DNA of 64,000 nucleotides from positions 1,120,001-1,184,000 of the forward strand of contig OZ219802.1 of the NCBI GenBank assembly GCA_964291655.2, given 5' to 3'. This stretch comes from Chloroflexota bacterium (GTDB lineage: Bacteria > Chloroflexota > UBA11872 > VXOZ01). Shown in pieces: positions 1-9,718 of the stretch; positions within the stretch are counted from its first letter, which is position 1, and each line of letters begins with the position of its first letter. The notes beneath the pieces were generated by a model, which saw nothing but the letters and a program-made list of their open reading frames with translations, was not told where the DNA came from and made no database searches. The position numbers and the translations under genes are program-made.

Positions 1-94
1 CAAGCCGGAAAACGGTACCGCCGAGCAGGGCAGCCGGGAGTCTTTTGCTGGACTGCAGGCAATCTTGGCGGCACAGGGGATTGTTCCTGACTAG
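1..94 (+). CDS. 3' end of a CDS truncated by the window edge, product unknown
   Basis: Open frame KPENGTAEQGSRESFAGLQAILAAQGIVPD ending TAG at 92-94. Confidence 0.4.
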   Translation, partial: KPENGTAEQGSRESFAGLQAILAAQGIVPD

Positions 95-130
95 AACTCG
101 TGCCCCAACTGCATCATTTTGGGTGGGACA

Positions 131-471
131 TACCCTTCGACCCTCCGGCAAGCTCAGGGCGAGCGGTAACTGCCTGATTAGAGGGTAAGCAGCGAAGCGA
201 GCACGCACGATCACGGCAGAATTTCGTTACGGCAAGAGATTCCCCTCACCCCCGTATCAAGCACGGGGCAGGCTCTAACCCTCTCCCCGAGGAGAGGGAA
301 CCGGAGGAGCCAACTACACGCTCAATTCCCGCTTGCTCGTCGTAGCGCGTGGGCTTGTCCCCCGCTGAGTTGGCTCATCCAAGGTAACGCGGGGGGGGGG
401 GGGGGGGGGGGGGGGGCTTGTCCCCCGCTGAATTGGCTCATCCGCGGTAGCGCGGGGGCTTGTCCCCCGCC
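131..471. repeat. REP-like mosaic: CCCTTCGAC..CTCAGGGCGA unit, CCCTCACCC..CCCTCTCCC hairpin, three GTAGCGCGGGGGCTTGTCCCCCGC-type REPs
   Basis: Same motifs recur many times elsewhere in the window; one copy has a G26 run at 391-416. Confidence 0.85.
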
Positions 472-602
472 TCTTGGCGAGAAGAGAAGATACCCAGAGA
501 GGCGATTTGCTAGAGCAAGATGTCGCAGAGGGTCGCACGATGACCACACATTTTCGTTACAATAAAGGCGTGTAGCATCTAAATTCCAGGGGAGAGCGCG
601 GC

Positions 603-1997
603 ATGAGCACGACAATCGGGACTTCCAAACGTACGCTTGACGAGCTCTTTGTAGAGCAATTCGCCGGTTCAGCCGTGCGCTTCAGAGAAGCAGTAGAAAT
701 CTTTCCCAACGGCGCGACCCACGACGGCCGCGCCCAGAAGCCGTTTCCGCTCTACATCGAACGCGCCCAAGGCGCGCATAAGTGGGACGTGGACGGCAAC
801 CGCATTATCGACTTTCTGGTCGGCCATGGCGCTTTGCTCTTGGGGCACGGGCATCCCGCTGTTGTAGAAGCCGTCACCGCGCAAATGCAGCATAGCACGC
901 ACTACGGCGCAGCCCACGAACGCGAGATTGAGTGGGGCCGCTTGGTGCAGAACCTCATTCCTTCCGCCGAGCGCGTGCGCTTTACAGGCTCCGGCACCGA
1001 AGCCACCTTGATGTGCCTGCGGTTGGCACGCGCCTACACCGGCAAGAGCAAAGTCATAAAGTTCGAACACCATTTCCACGGCTGGCACGACTATGTCGTC
1101 GTGGAAGAACCGCCCGCGCCGCCGCCCGCCGGCGTTCCGGCAGGCACCGCAGATTCGATGCTCGTGCTGCCGGTCCATGATCTCGATCGGCTCGAATCCG
1201 TCCTGCGAGACGACCCCGACATTGCCGCCGTCATCATGGAACCCACCGGCGCCGGCTACTCCTCCTATCCGCTTGATCCCGACTTCCTGGCGGCTGTGCG
1301 CAAGCTCACGCTCGATCACGGCGTGCTCATGATCATGGACGAAGTCATCACCGGCTTCCGCTGTTCACCGGGTGGCGCGCAGGCCGCTACCGGCGTGATC
1401 CCCGACCTGACAAGTTTGGCGAAAATCCTGGCTGGCGGCCTGCCGGGAGGCGCGGTGGCGGGGCGTGCCGACATCCTCGCCCACCTGGAATACCGTGATG
1501 AACCGGAGTGGAACTCGCGTAAGAAGGTCCGCCACCAGGGTACGTTTAACGCTAACCCACTCTCGGCGTCGGCCGGCGCCACCGCGTTGGCGATCGTGGC
1601 CGAAGGTTGGCCGGCGCGCCACGTGAACGATCTAGCGGCGCTGCTGCGGGATGAATTCAACCAGGTCATGGACGCCCACGGGCTCTCCGGCTGCGTCTAC
1701 GGCACGTACTCCATGCTCCACATTGCGCTCTACAACCCCCACAACCCTGACGAAAAGCTATCCCTCGCGGACTACGGCGCTAAAGGCCAGCCGCCCTTCA
1801 TCTCAATGCGGGATGTCGATCCGGCGCTCTACGGCAAGATGAAGCGCGGCTTGCAGGTGAACGGCGTCGATCTCATGGGCGACGGCGGCATGCTCTCCAC
1901 TGCCCATACCGAGGAAGACGTGCGCGAGGCTGCCGCGGCTTTCGACCGCACGGTCGACCTTCTGAAGCAAGAGGGCGCGATCCCCGGCGTGCGGTAG
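603..1997 (+). CDS. Class III PLP aminotransferase, glutamate-1-semialdehyde aminomutase-like
   Basis: WDVDGNRIIDF, GSGTEA, MDEVITGFR, SLAKILAGGLPGGA, GTFNANP motifs. Confidence 0.9.
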   Translation: MSTTIGTSKRTLDELFVEQFAGSAVRFREAVEIFPNGATHDGRAQKPFPLYIERAQGAHKWDVDGNRIIDFLVGHGALLLGHGHPAVVEAVTAQMQHSTHYGAAHEREIEWGRLVQNLIPSAERVRFTGSGTEATLMCLRLARAYTGKSKVIKFEHHFHGWHDYVVVEEPPAPPPAGVPAGTADSMLVLPVHDLDRLESVLRDDPDIAAVIMEPTGAGYSSYPLDPDFLAAVRKLTLDHGVLMIMDEVITGFRCSPGGAQAATGVIPDLTSLAKILAGGLPGGAVAGRADILAHLEYRDEPEWNSRKKVRHQGTFNANPLSASAGATALAIVAEGWPARHVNDLAALLRDEFNQVMDAHGLSGCVYGTYSMLHIALYNPHNPDEKLSLADYGAKGQPPFISMRDVDPALYGKMKRGLQVNGVDLMGDGGMLSTAHTEEDVREAAAAFDRTVDLLKQEGAIPGVR

Positions 1998-2100
1998 AAG
2001 GGTTGGCTACGACATGTTGAGCGTAACGGCAATTGCTGCGAGCGTAGACGAATGCCTCTGTTCAGGGTTGGGATGAGCGACCCGGAGAAGGGAGCGAATT

Positions 2101-2334
2101 ATGGCAGTTTTTGACACTCACAAGGCGTTTGAAACCTTGACGAGTGGAGGCTTCAGTGATGCCCAGGCGCGGGCTCTGCTTAGCGCTATGGGCGAATCTC
2201 GTGAATCCTTGGCCACTAAAGCCGACTTGCGAGAACTGGAGTTGCGGGTACGACTACACTTAGGAGCTTACGTTTTCGCTGCGGCCGGCTTAGTGATAGC
2301 CGTACTCATCGCCTATATGGAGCTACGCGGCTAA
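2101..2334 (+). CDS. Small DUF1640/CCDC90-like protein with C-terminal TM helix
   Basis: FDTHKAFETL..GFSDAQA..LATKADL pattern, hydrophobic tail, GGGAG RBS. Confidence 0.75.
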   Translation: MAVFDTHKAFETLTSGGFSDAQARALLSAMGESRESLATKADLRELELRVRLHLGAYVFAAAGLVIAVLIAYMELRG

Positions 2335-2386
2335 CGTGGGACGAACCCTGAACTGAGCCCAAGGCGTCCGCCTCAGTGCCGCTCTC

Positions 2387-3412
2387 ATGTCGGCGTTGCA
2401 ATACTGGAGTAGAAACAAAATGAACGCTACTTCTGCCAATGAACAGACCTATAGCGGGCCGGATCAAGAGATCTTCAAGCACGCCTTCTCAGATCCGATT
2501 ATCGAGAACGAAATGCTCTATCCGGCGCTCACCACGCTGGACTGCATCTATGAGGCGAACTCCACGCTGCTCATGCCGGTCGAGCACTTCTTCACGGCGT
2601 ATGAAAATCTTCAGATCGAAGCGGCGGAGACGTTGACACTCGACGGCGGCGCTACCCACCTCTTGCAGGTCACCTATACGCTGGGCGGCGCCACGTATCA
2701 CGGCCACGCCTATGCGCCCGCCGCGCCTGACACCGGCAAACCCGCCTCGCTCATAATTCCGGGGAGCGGTCTCAACTGCTCCGAGCCGATCTACCGCCAG
2801 GACCCGGCCAGCTATCACGACGGCATAATCGAAGCGCTGGGCGAGGGCATCACGAACTACGTGTTCATCAAGCCCAACGAGGACTGCCTGGCCTTTCACA
2901 ACGGCGAAGGCAAGGTGGACGTCAATTTCTTCGTGAACTGGCTGCTCAATAATGCCACGTCCTATTCCGCCGCCTACATCGTGAGCGCCATGGCCATCAC
3001 CAAGTACCTCCAGGGCCGGCATGACAGCGTGGTGGTCGCCGGGCTGTCCCAGGGCGGCGGGGCGGCGCTGCTCACGTCGCTGCAGTCGCAACCCACGGCG
3101 GCCGTGATCGCCTCCGGCTTTTCGGTCATCATGGAGCGCATTCACTGGTCGGGGCACAACCAGATCATCATCCCCGGCATCGGGCAGGCCTACAGCAACG
3201 AGAACGTGCGCGAGAAGATCAAGGCGTCACCCACGCAATTCCTCTTCACGTACGGCAAACAGGAAAGCGTCATCTACCGCCTTGAGGCGGAAGAGCACTA
3301 TAGTTGCGACTTCCTCGCCGAGTGCCCCAACGTGCGCTGCGAATCCCACGACGAGGGCCACATCTTCCACGTCGCGATCACCAGCGACTTCCTCCGCAGC
3401 CTCGGCTTGTAA
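2387..3412 (+). CDS. Alpha/beta-fold hydrolase (start may be ATG 2420)
   Basis: IIPGSG oxyanion region, GLSQGG nucleophile elbow, C-terminal EGHIF. Confidence 0.7.
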   Translation: MSALQYWSRNKMNATSANEQTYSGPDQEIFKHAFSDPIIENEMLYPALTTLDCIYEANSTLLMPVEHFFTAYENLQIEAAETLTLDGGATHLLQVTYTLGGATYHGHAYAPAAPDTGKPASLIIPGSGLNCSEPIYRQDPASYHDGIIEALGEGITNYVFIKPNEDCLAFHNGEGKVDVNFFVNWLLNNATSYSAAYIVSAMAITKYLQGRHDSVVVAGLSQGGGAALLTSLQSQPTAAVIASGFSVIMERIHWSGHNQIIIPGIGQAYSNENVREKIKASPTQFLFTYGKQESVIYRLEAEEHYSCDFLAECPNVRCESHDEGHIFHVAITSDFLRSLGL

Positions 3413-3520
3413 TTGGTAGATGCATTCTGGGCGACTTTACCGCCGCAGTCGCGGCGGCAGTTTGTGCAGTTCTTGAACAGGCCATTCTAAATTGGCGCGA
3501 CTCATTTGGACTAACCATCT

Positions 3521-5473
3521 ATGGATGCAATTGAGCACTACACTGATGAGTGGACGCCCCTCAATCCCGTCATCCTGGAAGCCCATCGCCCGCAGTCCGA
3601 CGCGGTTGTAGCGGCGGTTTGCACGCCGCAGCAAGCCATCGTTGGTTCGTGGCAAAGTGTCTCGCTGCAGCTCACACTCGGCCCGGACGGCCTACGTCAG
3701 GGCGATGCGATTGTCGTGCAGTCCGCCACGCGAGGCTTGCAATCCTGGCCGGCCCTGCAACACCTCATGCCCGCTGAAGCGGGCTATTCGAGCGCTGCAT
3801 CGGATTCCGGCAGCCGGGTAACGTGCCTTGTGGTCGGCCCGCATGTGCGCGTGATCGCAGCAGAACCGCTGCCGGCGGGAGATATCCTCCGTATCTCTTA
3901 CGGCGATCAGAGCGCCGGGGGTCCGGGAGTACGCATGACCCTAGCGGCGCTACGCCACTGGTTCCGCATTCTCTTCACTCCCCAGGACGGATCAGCCGTG
4001 CGCGAGGTGGTCGCGGAGCCGCCCTACCTCGATCTGCTGCCGGACGCACCGGAGAGTCTTGACGTTCTGGCGCCGAGCCACATGCGTCGCGGGGAGATGT
4101 CCACACTTGTCATCAAGGCAGTAGACGCCCACGGCAACACCGCAAGACCGCCGGCCGAACCCTCGATTGTTTCACCAATAATCGGGGTGGAGTGTCCCGG
4201 AGACGTCCAACTAGACGAGCGGGATCGGGCAGCACGTCGAATAGACGTGGTTCTCACGGAGGCGATGCCGCCCGCGGTGCGGCTGCGCCTTCGCGTGCGC
4301 CATCCGGCAACCAAAGACATAGGTATCAGCAACGCGGTGGAAGTCCTGCCCTCAGGTGATGATAGCGATCGTGTCTATTGGGGCGACCTGCACGCGCACA
4401 CGTCCCACGGCCACGCGTACGGGGAAATCGAAGACCTCTACCACTACGCCCGGGATGAGGCGCGCCTCGACTTCGTGGCGCACGTGGAGCACTACACCCG
4501 TGCCGGTGAGTGGCTGCACCCGTGGTGGCGGCGGCGCTATCCGGACTGTCACACAGTCGCGGACTTCGTCGAGCGTTCGTGGCAAGAGCGGTTTGAGCAG
4601 GCGCGGCGGTTTGACGACCCGGGCAAGTTCGTGCCGCTGCTGGGATTCGAATGGGCGCACACTACAGGACACCTCAACGGCTTCTTCCCCGGCTTAGAAG
4701 CGCCGCTGGTCCATCCCACGAGCTTTCGTGATCCGGCCATGACGCCTGCCCACCTCAAGGGGTTGCTCAAAGACCATAGCTGGTTCGGCGTGCCTCACCA
4801 CACCGCGTTTCCGCTGGGACGAGGCACCTTGGGCGGCTTCCGCTGGGAGCACTTCGATCCGGAAACCATGCCGTGCGTGGAGATCGCGTCCAAACAGGGA
4901 AACGGTGAACACTTCGGCGCGCCTTACGCTGCGCTGCCGATGGGAGTGGGCGGCACGGTGCGCGAGGGACTCGCCCGCGGGTTGCGCTTTGGTTTCGTGG
5001 GCGCGACAGATACGAACATCGCGCGTCCGGGCTCATTTACGGCCCAGGAGAAGCGCCAGCGCCTGCCGGGTCTGACGGCGGTGTCTGCGCCCGCCTTGGA
5101 GCGTGAGGCGATCTACAACGCCATCCGCAAGCGGCGCTGTTACGCAACGTTGGGTGGCAGACCCATACTGCGCTTCACAATCAACGGCGCGTTCATGGGC
5201 GAGTCGTTGCAGCTACCCCGCGCCGACGCTGTGAAGCATATCGTATGCGATGTTGCCGGTTCGGCAGAACTCGCCCGGGTGGAAATCATCAAGAACGGCG
5301 AGACGTTCTTCCAATTCGTCACGACGGACATGGGAAGCCAAAACCGCACCTACGACTACCGGGAGGAGTTTCCCGACACCGCCTCCAGCCAAGCGGGCGA
5401 CTATTACTACCTGCGCATCCAGCAATGCGACGGCGCGCTTGCCTGGTCCAGCCCAATCTGGATCGACCTATAG
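3521..5473 (+). CDS. DUF3604/CehA-McbA-like PHP-fold metallohydrolase
   Basis: YWGDLHAHT, GFEW, GHLN, GATD, CYATLG, YYYLRI..DGALAWSSPIW. Confidence 0.85.
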   Translation: MDAIEHYTDEWTPLNPVILEAHRPQSDAVVAAVCTPQQAIVGSWQSVSLQLTLGPDGLRQGDAIVVQSATRGLQSWPALQHLMPAEAGYSSAASDSGSRVTCLVVGPHVRVIAAEPLPAGDILRISYGDQSAGGPGVRMTLAALRHWFRILFTPQDGSAVREVVAEPPYLDLLPDAPESLDVLAPSHMRRGEMSTLVIKAVDAHGNTARPPAEPSIVSPIIGVECPGDVQLDERDRAARRIDVVLTEAMPPAVRLRLRVRHPATKDIGISNAVEVLPSGDDSDRVYWGDLHAHTSHGHAYGEIEDLYHYARDEARLDFVAHVEHYTRAGEWLHPWWRRRYPDCHTVADFVERSWQERFEQARRFDDPGKFVPLLGFEWAHTTGHLNGFFPGLEAPLVHPTSFRDPAMTPAHLKGLLKDHSWFGVPHHTAFPLGRGTLGGFRWEHFDPETMPCVEIASKQGNGEHFGAPYAALPMGVGGTVREGLARGLRFGFVGATDTNIARPGSFTAQEKRQRLPGLTAVSAPALEREAIYNAIRKRRCYATLGGRPILRFTINGAFMGESLQLPRADAVKHIVCDVAGSAELARVEIIKNGETFFQFVTTDMGSQNRTYDYREEFPDTASSQAGDYYYLRIQQCDGALAWSSPIWIDL

Positions 5474-5502
5474 GGCTGAGGCAGCCACCGAAATAGCGGA
5501 AG

Positions 5503-6384
5503 CTAAACAAATGTCTCCAATGCCACGAAGACGAAGAACACCGCCGACAGGGAGCTATTCACGTGGAAGAAGGCGGTGTTGACTCGGGAGAGATTGCCCG
5601 GGCTGACGAGCAAGTGTTCCCAGATGAGCAGGGCTGCCACGGCGGCGATGCCGAGCCAGTAGAAAAGCCCGAGGCCAAGCAGCACACCAACTGCCACGAG
5701 GCAGAGCGCGGTGGCTGTGTGGGAAAGGGCGGAGAAGATTAGCGCTCCCGGTATGCCGAACCTCACGGGGACGGAGAAGAGCCCCTCTTTCAGGTCGATC
5801 TCGTAGTCCTGGCAGGCGTAGATCATATCGAAACCCGCCATCCAGGTAACTACTGCCGCGCCCAGCAGCACCGTGCTCCACGCGAATTCGCCCGTGACCG
5901 CGATCCAGCCGCCCATGGGCGCCATGGAACCGGAGACGCCCAGCGCAAAGTGGCTGAGCCACGTGAAGCGCTTCGTGTAGGAATAAAACACCAGCCAGAA
6001 AATCGCAATCGGCGAGAGCAGCACGCAGAGCCAGTTGAGCATGGCCGCGGCCAGCACCATAAGGGCAATGTTGAAAATACTCGCGCCCCACATGAACTGC
6101 GGCGTGAGTATGCCTTGCGGCAGGGCGCGAATTGCCGTGCGGGGATTGCGGCTGTCGAGGTGACGGTCGATGATACGGTTGAGCGACATGGCCGCGGTGC
6201 GCCCCGTAGTCATCGCTACCGTGACCCAGATGAACTGCCACCACGTCGGCAGACCCTCCGCCGCCAGCAGCATGGCGAGATAGGCAAACGGCAGCGTGAA
6301 GGCCGCGTGTTCGATCTTGATCGCTTCCAGGAACACGGGCACCTTGCGGATGACTGACCCCACGGAGGTTGAAGTCGCGCTCAT
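5503..6384 (-). CDS. UbiA-like polyprenyltransferase (MqnP-type, menaquinone pathway)
   Basis: NRIIDRHLDSRNPRT, YSYTKRFTW, GFDMIYACQD; multiple TM helices. Confidence 0.9.
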   Translation of the reverse strand: MSATSTSVGSVIRKVPVFLEAIKIEHAAFTLPFAYLAMLLAAEGLPTWWQFIWVTVAMTTGRTAAMSLNRIIDRHLDSRNPRTAIRALPQGILTPQFMWGASIFNIALMVLAAAMLNWLCVLLSPIAIFWLVFYSYTKRFTWLSHFALGVSGSMAPMGGWIAVTGEFAWSTVLLGAAVVTWMAGFDMIYACQDYEIDLKEGLFSVPVRFGIPGALIFSALSHTATALCLVAVGVLLGLGLFYWLGIAAVAALLIWEHLLVSPGNLSRVNTAFFHVNSSLSAVFFVFVALETFV

Positions 6385-6416
6385 GCTATCGCTCTCCCGG
6401 ATCCACTTCCGTGTCG

Positions 6417-7007
6417 CTAATCATCGTCGAGCATCTCCGCGAGCAGCGTTTCCATGGTGGTGATTGGCAAGGGTCCGATGAACTTGGCAGCGATCTCACC
6501 GTCCGGCGTAATGAAGAAGGTTTCGGGAATGCCGGAGACCCCGTATTCGATAGCGATCTTGCCGTTTGGATCTGGCCCACTGGGGTAGGTCTGCCCGAAT
6601 ACCTTGCGGAACTCGGCCGCAGCCTCCTCTGAGTCCCACAGGTTTATGCCGAGAATGACAACGCCGCGGTCTTGATAGCGCACATGCGTTTCCTGCAAAG
6701 TTAGCGCTTCGGCACGACACGGCGCACACCAGGAGGCCCAAAAGTTGATGATCACAGGCTGCCCTCGATAGTCGCTCAGCCGCACCTCACGGCCATCGCT
6801 GAGCGTGAGGGTAAAGTCCGGCGCCGGCCGGTTGTCCTGGCAAAGAAGGGTCGGCTCCAGGTTGATGCCGGGCGAGAAGCCGGCCAGTTGCCCGCTCTGG
6901 GAAAGGACATAGAAGAGGAGCGCCAGCAGTCCCGTAACCATCGCGACAAAGAGCGGTATGAGGATGTACCGCAGCGGAATGCTCCGCGGCGGCGCTGCTG
7001 AGCTCAC
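6417..7007 (-). CDS. TlpA/ResA-family thiol-disulfide oxidoreductase, membrane anchored
   Basis: APDFTL, NFWASWCAPC, YGVSGIPETF; GTG at 7007 overlaps upstream stop (GTGA). Confidence 0.9.
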   Translation of the reverse strand: MSSAAPPRSIPLRYILIPLFVAMVTGLLALLFYVLSQSGQLAGFSPGINLEPTLLCQDNRPAPDFTLTLSDGREVRLSDYRGQPVIINFWASWCAPCRAEALTLQETHVRYQDRGVVILGINLWDSEEAAAEFRKVFGQTYPSGPDPNGKIAIEYGVSGIPETFFITPDGEIAAKFIGPLPITTMETLLAEMLDDD

Positions 7008-7807
7008 TGCACGATCTCCCAGATGTGCTCGATCAGGTACACCAGATCGTCGCCGCGAAAGACGGCAGTTCGCCCGTCCAGTCGCTCCTGGCGTGGAGAA
7101 CCAAAGACGCTCTGGTCCCAAATCTGCGTGTTTGTGACGGTAACCTGAATCTCGAATGGTGGCTGCAGCGACCACACCGGCGGCGGAGAAGCGGCGGTGA
7201 GCACGCCATGCGCCACCTCGCCAAGCTCCTCCCGCACCTCAGCAGGAGTGCGCAGCTTGGCGGCCTGAAATCCAAAGCCCCACTTCGTGGTGCACGTCCG
7301 CACACCCGGCAGCAGGCCCTCCGCCTCGGCGCAGGCGTGATTGTCGCCGCTCACCAACACCACAGGCACGTCCTGTGCGCCGCAGAGCGCGGCGTGGAGG
7401 CCGATCGTGCCCAGGTCCTGCCCATTGACCAGCACACGTGAAATACTCGGCGTGAGCGTCTGACACAGCACCGCGCCCCACGTGCCGGCTTTGGCGGGGT
7501 GGCCCAGCAGCATAGCGGCATCGGCATTAGCAAGCTCGCCGAATCGCACCTCTTGGTGTTCGCCAAAAACGTAGCTTGCGCCAAGATGCAAGAGGTCTTC
7601 GTGAAACGGTACGAGACCCGTGGCATCGTGCACGACGATCTCCTGCGCACCGGCGTTCTGAGCTCCCGCAACGGCTGCTGAAATCTCGCGGGCCATCAAC
7701 CCGCGCGCTTCTTCATAGAGGAATGCGGCCTCACTGTGCGGGTCTACCTGGTGACGATGCACAACGCCAGCGGTACCGGCGAATAGTGCGATGATGACAA
7801 CTTTCAT
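7004..7807 (-). CDS. M55 (DppA-like) D-aminopeptidase homolog, metal ligands apparently lost
   Basis: ARGLM..E..AAV.GA, GA.EIVVHD, DVPVVLVSGD..AC.EA, TKWG, ERLDGRT. Confidence 0.8.
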   Translation of the reverse strand: MKVVIIALFAGTAGVVHRHQVDPHSEAAFLYEEARGLMAREISAAVAGAQNAGAQEIVVHDATGLVPFHEDLLHLGASYVFGEHQEVRFGELANADAAMLLGHPAKAGTWGAVLCQTLTPSISRVLVNGQDLGTIGLHAALCGAQDVPVVLVSGDNHACAEAEGLLPGVRTCTTKWGFGFQAAKLRTPAEVREELGEVAHGVLTAASPPPVWSLQPPFEIQVTVTNTQIWDQSVFGSPRQERLDGRTAVFRGDDLVYLIEHIWEIVQ

Positions 7808-8005
7808 GAAAGAGTCTCTTGTCGGAAACGCTGCAGTGATGCCTGTTTGCGGTCATGCGCTACCCGGCGCGGTAGCAAACTGCGGTACCGCGTGAAGATA
7901 GATTCCGCGCCCCCGCGCGGGGGCGAGCTTTCGCGGGAACCACCATCTCCCTATGTAAGCCACACGAGGAAATGAATGTGGCGACTGGCTTCCTGATGTC
8001 ATTCC

Positions 8006-8261
8006 TGTAAGTGTTGAGTAAATCGTTGACAGATTCCGCTTTCCATTCTGAGGAGTTGACGGTGCATGTCATTCCGAGCGCAGCGAGGAATCTAGAGCCA
8101 ATGTCGAACATGGTCCATACGGCACAGTACTCTAGATTCCGCGAACAGGGTTCGACACTCCGCTGCGCTTCGTTCGGAAAGACATGTGTACTTGTCATGT
8201 CTAGCACTGCGGAAGGTTGCTTTTGTTCTCAAATCTGTCAACGAATTACCTGACATCTACA
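8006..8261. mobile_element. MITE family B copy 1 (256 bp, TGT..ACA ends, ATTCC target duplication)
   Basis: TGTAAGTGTTGAGTAAATCGTTGACAG / CTGTCAACGAATTACCTGACATCTACA imperfect TIRs; ATTCC at 8001-8005 and 8262-8266. Confidence 0.8.
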
Positions 8262-8441
8262 ATTCCGGCGCAGGACGGAATCCAAGGTGTGGGCGGCGAG
8301 GATAGAGTCCGCGCCCCCGCGCGGGGGAGAGCTTTCGCGGGAATGACGGAGTCCCTCGTGCTGTTTTCATGGAAACGACGGTTGAGCAGCGTAGTGGCGG
8401 CAGCATGGTCAAGCAGCCAAGCAGTCTGCGTGATCGGCAGA

Positions 8442-9656
8442 CTACATCGTCGGCCCAATTCGGTGGGGAGCAAACTCACGATGACCCAGGATTTCCGTTG
8501 CAGTTAGCAGGCCGTTGACGGTATCGAGCGTAAGGTCGAACAACTGCTCGCCCAGCTCGCGGATGCTGGCCGTGCCTTCCAGCACCGGCACACCGGAGAA
8601 GTCGATGTTGTCCTGCATCTTCTCCACAGTCTGCGGATTAGCACACACCTTAATTACCGGCGCTACCGGGTTGCCGAGTGGCGAACCGCGACCGGTGGTA
8701 AAGATGCAGACCTGCGCGCCGCCGGCCACCATGCCGGTAACCGATTCCGAGTCGTAGCCCGGGGTATCCATCACCACCAGGCCCTTTTTGCTGGGGTAGT
8801 CGGCATAGCCGATCACCTCTTCCAGGACGGTCGTGCCGCCCTTGTAGATGCAGCCCAGCGACTTTTCTTCAATAGTCGTTAGACCGCCCTGAATGTTGCC
8901 CGGTGCGGGGTTAGCGCCCCGAATCGACACACCCATCTTCAGCGCGTCCTCTTCGGCCTTGCGTACCACCCCGATGAGTTGCTCGCCAATCTCCGGCTCG
9001 CGCGCCCGCTGGGCAAAGATGTGCTCCGCGCCGATGAATTCCGCAGCTTCGCTAATCATCACCGTGCCGCCGGCTTCCACCAGCATATCGGAGACTACAC
9101 CGGTAATGGGATTGCTGGACAACCCGCTGGTAGTGTCGGATCCGCCGCACTCGGTTGCCAAGACGAGCTCAGAGAGGGGGAATTCTTCCCGCTGCATCGT
9201 GGAGAGCTTGGCGGACAGCTTCTGCGCCATTTGCGCGCCTCCCTGGATAGTCTTGATGGAGCCGCCGGCCTCTTGTATCACGATGAGCTCCACCGGCTTG
9301 CCGGTCTTGGCGATGCCTTCGGCAATGAGAGGCGCTTCTGCTGTCTCGCAGCCCAGCCCAACCACGATGACAGCCCCGACGTTTGGATTGCTGCCGGTGC
9401 CAACCATGGTTTGCACAAAGAGGTCCGCATCAGCCCCCAATTGACCGCATCCGTATTGGTGAATTGTCGTCACCGCTCCGGGCACGAGCTCTGTGATGCG
9501 CTGGCCCACGGTAGACGAACAAATCACTGATGGCAGAATTGCCAGGTGGTTGCGAATTCCTACGCGACCGTCCGGCCTGCGGTAGCCCTGAAATGTCTCT
9601 GCACGTGCCACGGTGTTCACCCCCTTCCGGACTCTCTTGATGCTACTACCGACCAA
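8442..9656 (-). CDS. UxaA/GarD/SuyB-family dehydratase large subunit (true start probably a GTG about 9611-9620)
   Basis: GYRRPDGRVGIRN, HQYGCGQ, VGLGCE, ECGGSD, GGLTTIEEKSLG, FTTGRGSP. Confidence 0.9.
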   Translation of the reverse strand: MVGSSIKRVRKGVNTVARAETFQGYRRPDGRVGIRNHLAILPSVICSSTVGQRITELVPGAVTTIHQYGCGQLGADADLFVQTMVGTGSNPNVGAVIVVGLGCETAEAPLIAEGIAKTGKPVELIVIQEAGGSIKTIQGGAQMAQKLSAKLSTMQREEFPLSELVLATECGGSDTTSGLSSNPITGVVSDMLVEAGGTVMISEAAEFIGAEHIFAQRAREPEIGEQLIGVVRKAEEDALKMGVSIRGANPAPGNIQGGLTTIEEKSLGCIYKGGTTVLEEVIGYADYPSKKGLVVMDTPGYDSESVTGMVAGGAQVCIFTTGRGSPLGNPVAPVIKVCANPQTVEKMQDNIDFSGVPVLEGTASIRELGEQLFDLTLDTVNGLLTATEILGHREFAPHRIGPTM

Positions 9657-9718
9657 TCTAGCGTTGCATTCCTTCGTATTGTACTCTTCTCGTCAAAACA
9701 GTGTTGCCACTCCGCTAG

